From Mobula hypostoma (taxonomy: Eukaryota), in NCBI RefSeq assembly GCF_963921235.1, contig NC_086108.1:89282001-89346000 (forward strand): a stretch of 64,000 bases of DNA. The letters are read 5' to 3'. Shown here one piece after another: positions 1 through 9,874 of the stretch; the stretch's first letter is position 1, and the number at the start of each line of letters is the position of its first letter. A model generated the notes under the pieces. It was not told the origin of the DNA, ran no database searches, and saw only the letters and a program-made list of their open reading frames with translations. Both the position numbers and the translations under genes were made by a program.

Positions 1-811
1 GTAGGCAGACAGCTTCTCTTTTTCTTCCTGGAATGTGTGTCTAAACTTCATCTTGAGATCAGCTGAACTTTCAGCAGTGCCAAAAGCATCTTCCAGAGCT
101 TGCAGGTAATCAGCTGATGGGGTTAATGGGTTTTCTGCCTTTAGGAACCTCACTGTATCAGCTGTCGAACCCTTTAAACTCTCTACCACTTTCTCTTTTT
201 TCATGTTATCTGAGCATTGCCATAAGTCCAGTAACTGAGATGTCTGCTCAGCCCAATCTTCATATTCTTCCTCCCCATTGAGTGTGGGCTTAAACACTAG
301 AGAACATTCTCAGCCTATGATAACTTTGGCTTTCTGCAGGTACACCTTGGTATTTATCAACCAGTGATGGAATAGCCAAAGCCAGCATAGGACTTAAATC
401 AACAGCTGACTTACTAGACTTTTGACATCAAACAGGTCCTTTCCCTCACTCTGCAGAAATGAGAACAACTTGTCCTTAAAGTCTTCACCCTAAGCTACAT
501 ACAATTTGGCTTTAATGTCTTCATCCTCAGCTACATTCCCTCCCTCCTCTAAAAATATCAACTGCCCATGACTCTTCCTCGTCAAGCTCTCCTATCTTAT
601 CAGACAGCGTGACTTCAGTCATGTCACTGAGAGTCTGGACGACTGTCAAAACACTGTACAATCAGCTTAATTTTCCTGAATACCTTTACAGAATTCAGCA
701 CTCTAGGTAGCAGTTCATCAGTAATTCTAATATCCACCCCACTCAGAACACAAGTATTACCTATGATATTCTCTTCAAATCACACCAAAGCATAAGCTCC
801 ATGGCATCCAT
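1..811 (-). pseudogene. Disrupted PNMA-like gag (capsid) of a Ty3/Gypsy LTR retrotransposon; runs off the left edge
   Basis: Minus frame 309->1 is stop-free and reads ...KPTLNGEEEYEDWAEQTSQLLDLWQCSDNMKKEKVVESLKGSTADTVRFLKAENPLTPSADYLQALEDAFGTAESSADLKMKFRHTFQEEKEKLSAY, which resembles the PNMA/Gypsy capsid. A frameshift near 295 links it to YHRLRMFS. The N-terminus MDAMELMLWC starts at ATG 809-811. Absent from the ORF track. Confidence 0.85.
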
Positions 812-921
812 AAAAAGTACCTTAATTACAATGCACCTCACTTTCCACAAACACTAGTTTAAACACTGGCTTATAAATAAGCTGATTAATCAATCCTTAA
901 ACAGCATTCACACAGCTTCTG

Positions 922-941
922 ATTCCCAGGCCAACACCCCA
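922..941 (-). promoter_or_regulatory. Degenerate primer-binding site (tRNA-Pro-like) of the Gypsy element
   Basis: TGGGGTGTTGGCCTGGGAAT lies 4 nt after the LTR end (..GGTTACA) and resembles TGGGGGCTCGTCCGGGAT. Confidence 0.55.
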
Positions 942-945
942 GAAA

Positions 946-1479
946 TGTAACCCTCTCACCTGAGTTTGTATGCAAACTTGGCTGGTTAGCTAACTCCGCT
1001 AACAGCCACATGACTCATAAGCAATATACGTCTAAGGTTGGAATGATTTGGGGTTGAACCGAACAGGAAAGTTGGGATGTTCTGATTAATGTACATCAGT
1101 TGTAGTGAATGCTGTGTAAATCTTGCTCCATGGAAAGTTATCATTCGCCAGAAAATTAACAGATTGTATATCAGCAAAAAGAAATATATTTACCAAATTT
1201 ACAGTTACACAAAAAAAGGAAAGAAAAATAAAAGGGCCTAATACAAATAAACCAGTCCAATGTGCAATGCCCAATCCTTGGAGCTTGTTTCCAAAGTAGT
1301 CGTACTAAGACAACTCCAATTGACTAACTCCACATTCCTAAATTGGACAATATGACTCCTAATCTTTAGCCAAAGCCAAAACACTCTTGCTGGCAGAACA
1401 TACCACTTTTACAGAAAAATAAAAATAAAATAAAAATACCTCGCAGCATAGCAGTAGAAATCTTACCCGGGGCATTACA
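946..1479 (-). mobile_element. 5' LTR of Gypsy element (~534 bp)
   Basis: On the minus strand it reads TGTAATGCCCC...GGTTACA, with TG..CA termini and TGTAA/TTACA inverted ends, directly followed by the PBS and gag. Confidence 0.75.
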
Positions 1480-1822
1480 CTATACTGCATATGTTTAGTT
1501 TTTACTTCAACTAAAAAAATTGTGCATATTATTCTGAATGTAATGGCACCAATGATTAGTGACAGCTAACACAAGCTCCGGTATTTAGCATTTTTCCAGT
1601 ATATGAAGATTGACTTGCCATTTCCGCTATGAACATTCTATCACACATCATTTTTCAATAATCAGATAATTTCATATTTATTTCTCATTGTTCTTTACAA
1701 CATTTCCATTTGGTAAGTCAAGTCTATGTCAGATCTCAGAGCAAATCTACTCTCTCATTAATTTCCATTCTCTCAAACATGTTTATTAACACCACCCACT
1801 CCCAGATCTCCTTCCAGCCACC

Positions 1823-2000
1823 TACACATTAGCCAATTGACAGACTGATGAGCACGCCTTTGAGGTGCTGAATGAAACCAGACTGCAGAGGGGCAAACCC
1901 ACATTCTCACAGGGAGAATGTGCAAACTCCACACAGACAGCACAGAGGTCAGGGTTAAAGACAGTCTGGAGCTGTGAAGCAGCTGTACTACCTGCTGTTC
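1823..2000 (-). mobile_element. V-SINE-like (HE1-type) SINE remnant
   Basis: V-domain-like GTCTGTGTGGAGTTTGCACATTCTCCCTGTG on the minus strand. Confidence 0.6.
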
Positions 2001-3239
2001 CTCCTACGGGAGAGTTGTAGACCAAGTTGCTGTTATTTCTTTTAGGTAAATTGATTTAAACAATAACATAACAATATTGGCAATGTGAGCATCATACTCA
2101 TATTTCCAAGTATTTTTAATAACATGTAGAAGTGCACACTCTGTTAAAATTTAGTTTAATAGCCTAAAAATTATTCTGGTTAGTTTTTACCTAGCTATGT
2201 TTTTCTGCAATGTTATGCATTTAGATGGCTATAAATTTCACAAATACTATTTATATTTCATGCCAGGATCCATTAAGTTCAAATGAGCCCTCTCTAGTTT
2301 ATACCCTATGTGTGTAATATTTAGTAGGTCAGTAAAGGGTTCCAGTTACCATCGTTAGTTTCACTGTCAGGTTGTGCGATGACTGTATTAATGATAAAAT
2401 ATCATAGAACATCATTTCCAGTTGCAGGCACTCACAGCAATAATATAAAGAGCTAGGCCTGTCACCCCGAGCAAACACTGTGGATTGTAGTTGAGATGTA
2501 AGGACACAATTACATCTGATGTAAGGCTGCATTCAAAGTAAGTTCTTTTCAGGATGATGCAAAAACTGAAGAGCTGGAATGCAATCATTGTTGCTGTTAA
2601 TAGTACTTCATCTGTCAAGCTGTTTCTGTCAAAACTTTAAACTTCATAATCCAAATCTTAATGCGACTGTCTTCTTAATCATGAGCATGAATTAGTGCAT
2701 TTTAAAAAATATGAGAGTGTGTGAGTAAAAATTCTAGAAATTTTTGGGCGTCCTTTATCAAGACAATTTAGTACTCAGTTTGGCAACTACAGTATTGCTA
2801 TTAATCTAGAGGGTGACAATAATTGAGACAGGGAAAAAGTCAATGTGTTCATTACTGGAGATTATGGATGATGCTGAGTAAGTCTGTTTTGTCTCAAGGC
2901 AAATACACTAACTTTTACTACAATACCATAACTATTTCATTGGTATTTTGTGGATTCTCATTGCCCTGCTAATTTCTTTTTATATGTACCCCCCATACAC
3001 ATCCTATTCTCCTGAAGATCTTACCATTTTTCATTACTCTATATTACCACATGCTTCCTTTTCTCTTCATCAAATGCTCAACATCTCAACCAGCCATTAA
3101 CATTCAGAATTTCCTGTACACACCTTCCTGCCTTTAACTTTTACATGCACACATTGGCCCAAAATCTCACTATTTCACTTTTAAAGGACTTCCAAAGGTA
3201 GTTAATCCTAACCTTTGCCCAGTACATCTTCTAATATTA

Positions 3240-3550
3240 AATTAACCATCTCCCAGTTCAGAAACTTGACTTATCAACTACCCCTATTCTTTTCCATAAC
3301 TACTTTGAAACTTAACATGGTTACTATCTCCAAAATGTTCACCCACAGACACTTCAATCACATGCTTGGTTGTATTCCCTAAGGTTAGATCCTAAACTAT
3401 CCCTTATCTATAGGCTCATAATGCTCTCCATGAAGTATTTTAAATATACCATCCCCCTGTGCCATTCACACTAAGGCCATGCTGGTTTGTAATGGGAAAT
3501 TAAAATCTCTTACTACTATAACCCTATTCCTCTTAGACCTCTGTGTGAAT
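3240..3550 (-). mobile_element. Old CR1 LINE endonuclease remnant that hosts later insertions; appears to continue at 3774-3815 and 8352-8430
   Basis: Degenerate APE motifs RVIVVRDFNF (GDFN) near 3496-3525 and HFGDSNH (SDH) near 3320-3340. Confidence 0.5.
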
Positions 3551-3563
3551 AGGCCTCCATGTG

Positions 3564-3760
3564 CAAACACAGGGAAACCTGCAGATGATGGAAATTCAAG
3601 CAACGCACATAAAATGCTGGTGGAACGCAACAGGTCAGGCAGCATCTATAGGAAGAGGTACAGTCGATATTTTGGGCCGAGACGCTTTGGGAAACGTCGA
3701 TTGTACCTCTTCCTATAGATGCTGCCTGACCTGCTGTGTTCCACCAGCATTTTGTGTGTG
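3564..3760. mobile_element. Palindromic Penelope-like terminal-repeat derivative with 13-bp TSD
   Basis: AGGCCTCCATGTG is duplicated at 3551-3563 and 3761-3773. ~64-bp inverted arms lie at about 3604-3667 and 3697-3760. The arm sequence (GATGCTGCCTGACCTGCTG) also follows the Penelope endonuclease remnant at ~61737. Confidence 0.8.
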
Positions 3761-3815
3761 AGGCCTCCATGTGTATTGATTACATATCCATTCCTTTCCT
3801 CTATCTTCCTCTGAT

Positions 3816-3980
3816 CGATATAGGCATCTGTAAGTCTCATGAGACCATGGATTTGCGCCTTGGAAGGTTTCCCGGGCGCAGGCCTGGGCAAAGTTGTATG
3901 GAAGACCAGCAGTTGCCCATGCTGCAAGTCTCCCCTCTCCACACCGCCGATGTTGTCCAAGGGAAGGTCATTAGGACCAT
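3816..3980 (-). mobile_element. 3' half of a tRNA/CORE SINE split by a CR1 insertion
   Basis: Reverse-complement match to about 63100-63270. TSD CTTCCTCTGAT at 3805-3815 and 8352-8362. Confidence 0.75.
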
Positions 3981-4076
3981 AAGACCATAAGACCATAAGA
4001 CAAAGGAGCAGAAGTAGGCCATTCGGCCCATCGAGTCTGCTCCGCTATTTTATCATGAGTTGATCCATTCTCCTAT

Positions 4077-7061
4077 TTAGTCCCACTCCCCCGCCTTCTC
4101 ACCATAACCTTTGATGCCCTGGCTAGTCAGATACCTATCAATTTCTGCCTTAAATACACCCAATGACTTGGCCTCCACTGCTGCCCGTGGCAACAAATTC
4201 CATAGACTCACCACCCTCTGACTAAAAAAATTTCTTTGCATTTCTGTTCTGAATGGGCGCCCTTCAATCCTTAAGTCATGCCCTCTCGTTCTAGACTCCC
4301 CCATCATGGGAAACAACTTTGCCACATCCACTCTTTCCATGCCTTTTAACATTCGAAATGTTTCTATGAGGTCTCCCCTCATTCTTCTAAACTCCAAGGA
4401 ATACGGTCCAAGAGCAGACAAACGTTCCTCATATGTTAACCCTCTCATTCCCGGAATCATTCTAGTGAATCTTCTCTGTACCCTCTCCAACGTCAGCACA
4501 TCCTTTCTTAAATAAGGAGACCAAAACTGCCCACAGTACTCCAAGTGAGGTCTCACCAGTGCCTTATAGAGCCTCAACATCACATCCCTGCTCCTATACT
4601 CTATTCCTCTAGAAATGAATGCCAACATTGCATTCGCCTTCTTCACTGCTGACTCAACCTGGAGGTTAACTTTAAGGGTATCCTGTACGAGGACTCCCAA
4701 GTCCCGTTGCATCTCAGAACTTTGAATTCTTTCCCCATTTAAATAATAGTCTGCCCGTTTATTTTTTCTGCCAAAGTGCATAACCATACACTTTCCAACA
4801 TTGTACTTCATTTGCCACTTCTCTGCCCATTCTTCCAATCTATCCAAGTCTCTCTGCAGACTCTCCATTTCCTCAGCACTACCGGTCCCTCCACCTATCT
4901 TCGTATCGTCAGCAAACTTAGCCACAAAGCCATCTATTCCATAATCCAAATCGTTGATGTACAATGTAAAAAGACACGGCCCAGACACTGATCCCTGTGG
5001 AAAGCCACTGGTAACCAGCAGCCAACCAGAATAGGATCCCTTTATTTCCACTCTCTGTTTCCTGCCAACCAGCCAACACTCTATCCACGTATGTAACTTT
5101 CCCATAATTCCATGGGCTCTTATCTTGTTAGGTAGCCTCATGTGTGGCACCTTGTCAAAGGCCTTCTGAAAATCCAAATATACAACATCCACTGCATCTC
5201 CCTTGTCTAGCCTACTGGTAATTTTCTCAAAAAATTGTAATAGGTTTGTCAGGCAGGATTTTCCTTTAAGGAATCCATACTGAGTTCTGCCCATCTTGTC
5301 GTATGCCTCCAGGTACTCTGTAACCTCATCCTTGACAATCGACTCCAACAACTTCCCAACCACCGATGTCAAGCTAACAGGTCTATAATTTCCTTTTTGC
5401 TTCCTTGCCCCCTTCTTAAATAGCGGAGTGACATTTGCAATCTTCCAGTCTTCCGGAACCATGCCAGAATCTATCGACTTTTGAAAGATCACCGCTAATG
5501 CCTCCGCAATCTCTACAGCTACTTCCTTCAGAACATTAGGGTGCATTCCATCTGGTCCAGGAGATTTATCTACCTTTAGCCTATTCAGCTTCCTGAGTAA
5601 TTTCTCTGTCGTAATTATGACTGCGCATACTTCTCTTCCCTGCCACCCTTGAGTGTCCGATATACTGCTGATGTCTTCCTCAGTGAAGACTGATGCAAAA
5701 TATTCATTCAGTTCCTCTGCCATCTCCTTATCTCCCATTACAATTTCTCCAGCACCATTTTCTATCAGTCCTATATCTACTCTCACCTGTCTTTTACTCT
5801 TTATATACTTGAAAAAGCTTTTAGTATCCTCTTTGATATTATTTGCTAGCTTCCTTTCATAGTTCATCTTTTCTCTCTTCATGACCTTCTTGGTTTCCTT
5901 CTGTAAAGTTTTAAAAACTTCCCAATCCTCTGTCTTCCCACTAATTGTTGATTCCTTGTATGCCCTCTCCTTTGCTTTAACTTTGGCTTTGACTTCTCTT
6001 GTCAACCATGGTTGCATCCTTTTTCCATGCGAAAATTTCTTCTTTTTTGGAATATACCTGTCTTACACATTCCTCATTTCTCCCATAAACTCCAGCCACT
6101 GTTGCTCTGCCGTCTTTCCCGCCAGTGTCCCTTTCCAGTCAACTTTGGCCAGTTCCTCTCTCATGCTACTGTAATTTCCTTTACTCCACTGAAATACCGA
6201 CACATCAGATTTCGGCTTCTCTTTTTCTAATTTCACAGTGAACTCAATCATGTTATGATCACTGCCTCCTAACGGTTCCTTCATCTCGATCTCTCTAATC
6301 ACCTCCGGTTCATTACACAATACCCAATCCAGTACAGCCGATCCCCTAGTGGGCTCAACAACAAGCTGTTCTAAAAAGCCATCTCGCAGACATTCTACAG
6401 ATTCTCTCTCTTGAGATCCAGTGCTGACCTGATTTTCCCAATCTACTCGCATGTTAAAATCCCCCACAATTATCATAACACTGCCCTTCTGACAAGCCTT
6501 TTCTATTTCCAGTTGTAATTTGTAGTCCACATCCCTGCAGCTGTTTGGAGGCCTATAAATAACTGCCATCAGGGTCCTTTTACCCCTGCGATTTCTTAGC
6601 TCAACCCATTCTGCACCTTCCGATCCTATATCACCTCTTTCTAATGATTTAACGTCATTTCTTACCAATAAAGCCACACCTCCCCCTCTGCCTACCTTCC
6701 TATCCTTCCGATACACTGTGAATCCTTGGACGTTCAGCTCCCAGAGGCATGTATCCTTTAGCCAGGTCTCAGTGATGGCCACAATATCATACCCGCCAAT
6801 CTGTAGCTGTACAACAAGATCATCCACCTTATTCCTTATGCTGCATGCATTTAAGTACAACACCTTAAGACCAGTATTTGATACTTTTTGCTTTGATTTC
6901 ACTACAACTTTATTGCACTGCAACTCATCCCAATGGCTACAAATTTGCCCCATCACCTGCCTGTCTTTCCTGACATCTTTACTGCTCACCATCTTAGATT
7001 TATTTCTGTTTTCCCCTTCCTCCGCTCTATCACTCCAGTTCCCATCCCCCTGCCAAATTAG
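4077..7061 (-). pseudogene. CR1 ORF2 (APE endonuclease + reverse transcriptase), one in-frame premature stop at 6063-6065
   Basis: APE motifs YLNACS, ITETWL, GDFN, LDWVL and SDHN. RT motifs YRPVSL, LDFQKAFD, PQGS and FADD. ORFs 6063..6992 and 4077..6017 share a frame and are joined by 15 stop-free codons. Confidence 0.92.
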
Positions 7062-7992
7062 TTTAAACCCTCCCTAACAGCTCTATTAAACTTTCCCGCC
7101 AGGATATTGGTCCCCTTCGGGTTCAGGTGTAACCTGTCCTTTTTGAACAGGTCATACTTCCCCCAAGAGATCCCAATTATCCAAGAATCTGAAGCCCTGC
7201 CCCCTACACCAGTCTCTCAGCCACGCATTCATCTGCCTGATCCGACTATCCTTGCCTTCGCTAGCACGTGGCACAGGTAGCAATCCCGAGATTACTACCT
7301 TGGAGGTTCTGCTTCTCAGCTTCCTTCCTAACTCCTGGAAATCTCTCTTCAGGACCTCCTCCTTTGTCCTATCTATGTCATTGGTACCAACATGTACCAA
7401 GACAACTGGCTGCTTACCCTCCCCCTTTAGAATATTCAGGACCCGATCTGAGACATCTTGTACCCTGGCACCTGGGAGTCAACACACCATGCAGGTATCT
7501 CTATCAGGCTCACAGAATCTCCTGTCCGTTCCCCTGACTATGGAATCCCCTACGACTACCGCATTCCTTTTCTCCCTCCTTCTCTCCTACACAATAGCAC
7601 CAGGCTCAGTGCCAGAGACCCAGTCACCGTGGGCGTCCCCTGTCAGGTCATCCCCCTCAAGAGCACCCAGAACAAGATATTTGTTGCTGAGGGGGGACAG
7701 CCACAGGTGTGCTCTCCACTATCCGGGCATTTCCCTTCCCTCTGTTGACAGTGGCCCAGTTTTCTGACTCCTGTAGCCTAGGGATGGCTACCTCCCTGTA
7801 GCTCCTGTCTATCACCTCTTCACTTTCCCTGATAAGCAGTAGGTCATCAAGCTGCAGCTCCAGATCCCTAACACGGTCTCTGAGGAGCTGTAACTCGGTG
7901 AACCTGGCGCAGATGTGGCCGTCAGGGAGGCTGGAGGTCTCCCAGGATTCCCACATCTGACACCCTGAACAAAGCACTAATCCTGCAGGCAT
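7058..7992 (-). pseudogene. CR1 ORF1: N-terminal Zn-finger/leucine zipper plus SGNH esterase, disrupted
   Basis: Begins MPAGLVLCSGCQMW, then heptad repeat LRDRVRDLELQL. SGNH blocks GDS (7542-7550), HVGTND and DRLH. Contains frameshifts and stops. Confidence 0.85.
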
Positions 7993-8213
7993 GCTACCTA
8001 ATTCTACAGGAATGAAACAGGAAAAAATAAGTCTACTCACCCACTTACCTCGCCAAACAGACGATCTTTTTAAACCGTTAACTTGTACCGTTAGCTATGA
8101 GAGCCCTGCTGTTCCTGTCTGTCCGGGCCGATTCGCGAAAGGGGTGGTGGGGTCGGGAAGAAAAAAACAGTTGGTGCCTCGCTCTCGCCTCTTCCCGTTT
8201 ACCACAAGTACCA

Positions 8214-8351
8214 CTTGGCACCGGTGTTGTCGCAGAGCAATGTGTGGTTAAGTGCCTTGCTCAAGGACACAACACACTGCCTCAGCCAAGGCTCGAACTA
8301 GCGACCTTCAAATCACTAGACGAACACCTTAACCACTTGGCCATGTGCCTA
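8214..8351 (-). mobile_element. 5' half (tRNA-derived head + CORE-like domain) of the split SINE
   Basis: Pol III A box TGGCCAAGTGG (8333-8343), B box GTTCGAGCC (8290-8298) and CORE-like GTGTCCTTGAGCAAGGCACTTAACC (8246-8270). Confidence 0.8.
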
Positions 8352-8431
8352 CTTCCTCTGATTATCAAGATATATATTGTATTACCCCAGCAAAATGATT
8401 ACCAGCTAGCCAAGGGCCTCCTTTGAAGAAT

Positions 8432-8705
8432 CTGTTTTTAGAGATACAGTTCGAAACAAGCACTTCCAGCCCAACAAGCCACACTGCCCAGCAACCTGCC
8501 TATTTAATACCAAACTAATCACAGGACAATTTACAGTGATCAAGTAACCTACTAACCGGACTGTGCGAGAAAACTAGGGCATCCGGAGGAAACCTATAGG
8601 TCGGGGGAGAACATATCACCTCTTTACAGATGTGCTGGAATTGAACTCTGAATTCCGGAACACACCAAGCTATAACAGCAACTTGCTAATTGTTACGCCT
8701 CCGTG
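8432..8705 (-). mobile_element. tRNA-derived V-SINE-like element
   Basis: B-box-like GAGTTCAATTCC and GGTTTCCTCCGG block. Similar to 9150-9370, 39975-40170 and 60500-60665. Confidence 0.6.
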
Positions 8706-9149
8706 GCTTTAGGCTTTTCTATGACATTCTCCTGCAGCGATGGTCTCCTCAATCAATTTGGTAATGCCTCATCCTCTTACATGATCCTCACCCACCCTGA
8801 CATCCCCTTAAACTCAATCATCATGCTTGGCGTTTCTGTACCTTGGAACACTGAGTTGCTGATCCTGTCCTCAGCCATGTTATTATTGTCATTTGTGTGG
8901 GTTATGAGCAATCATAATTTCAGGATTCTGGTATTGATTGAGTGTCTTATGTAAAGAAAATAATCTATTAGTCAATATTTTTGTTCACAGGAATTTGTTT
9001 TCATTACACTGAGAAGATTTAAGAAGGCAAGTGCGATCTCCCCAGGGCTCTGAGGTTGACCTTGTTCTGTCTTCCATTACTGGGCTTGAACATGTGAAAA
9101 TGGTTTTGTAAGTCTTTGAACATTAATTTTGATTTCTATTTATTTCATT

Positions 9150-9370
9150 CTATTTAGAGATACAGAGAGGCAACAGACCCATAAGGTTCAACAAGTTTGC
9201 ACCACCCAATTACACCAATGTGGCCCAATTAACCTACTAACCTATGCAGGAAGAAACTAGAGCACCCAGAAGAAACTGACAGACAAACTCCTTACAGATA
9301 GTCACGGGACTTGAACCTCGACTGCTGGCGCTGTAATAGTGTTACGCCAACCGCCATGTCACCGTGCCAC
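9150..9370 (-). mobile_element. tRNA-derived V-SINE-like element
   Basis: Head GGCACGGTGACATGGCGGTTGGCGTAACACTATTACAGC and B box GGTTCAAGTCC; same family as 8432-8705. Confidence 0.6.
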
Positions 9371-9874
9371 TCTGAATCCGTGCCATACTTTACCGAAGCT
9401 GCATATTTGGATCTGAAGTGTCCTGAGCTGGACTGACACCATGTCTAGTGAGATAATTAGATGAATTTACACCAACACCATCTGAATCTTTGTAACCCAC
9501 ACAAATGACAATATGTGACCAGTGTCTCTCAATTGAGGTCCTCTCTGCTAAAATGGTAGAAGATCCAAAAGTGGGTACTCAGACACTGTTGCTTGTAATA
9601 ACATGTTAAATATAATGTGGGTTCCATCCAGATGAACCACAATGATTTATTGCATTAACAGGTTGATGCTTATGTGTTATTCTACAAATCTGCAATGGTA
9701 GATAATCTCAGGACAAATGATGGAAATCCATTTTACTGAGATCAGGCACAACATCTGCCCAAATGTAATTATTATGCCTTTAAGTGAGTACAGTACTGTA
9801 AAGGCATTCTAATCATTTTCTAAGTTACAGATTTTTTTTTGACATTTCCTATCGTACATGGACAACTTTGACAT

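Larger units (their letters stand above)
3975..8213 (-). mobile_element. Full-length, relatively young CR1 LINE (5' UTR, ORF1 esterase, ORF2 APE-RT, (TCTTATGG)n tail)
   Basis: ORF track 4077..6017 is RT, 6063..6992 is APE, and 7152..7400 and 7657..8040 are ORF1 pieces. Octamer tandem tail ACCATAAG x3 at ~3976-3999. Confidence 0.95.

Noticed and set aside
3479..3996. Overlapping ORFs with near-identical peptides on both strands
   Set aside because: Artefact of the palindromic PLE-derived insertion.
6718..7767. Plus-strand ORFs of 119 and 171 aa
   Set aside because: Antisense shadows of CR1 ORF1/ORF2 with no independent motifs.
8280..8349. tRNA-like sequence with A and B boxes
   Set aside because: It is a SINE head followed by a CORE domain and flanked by a TSD, not a tRNA gene.
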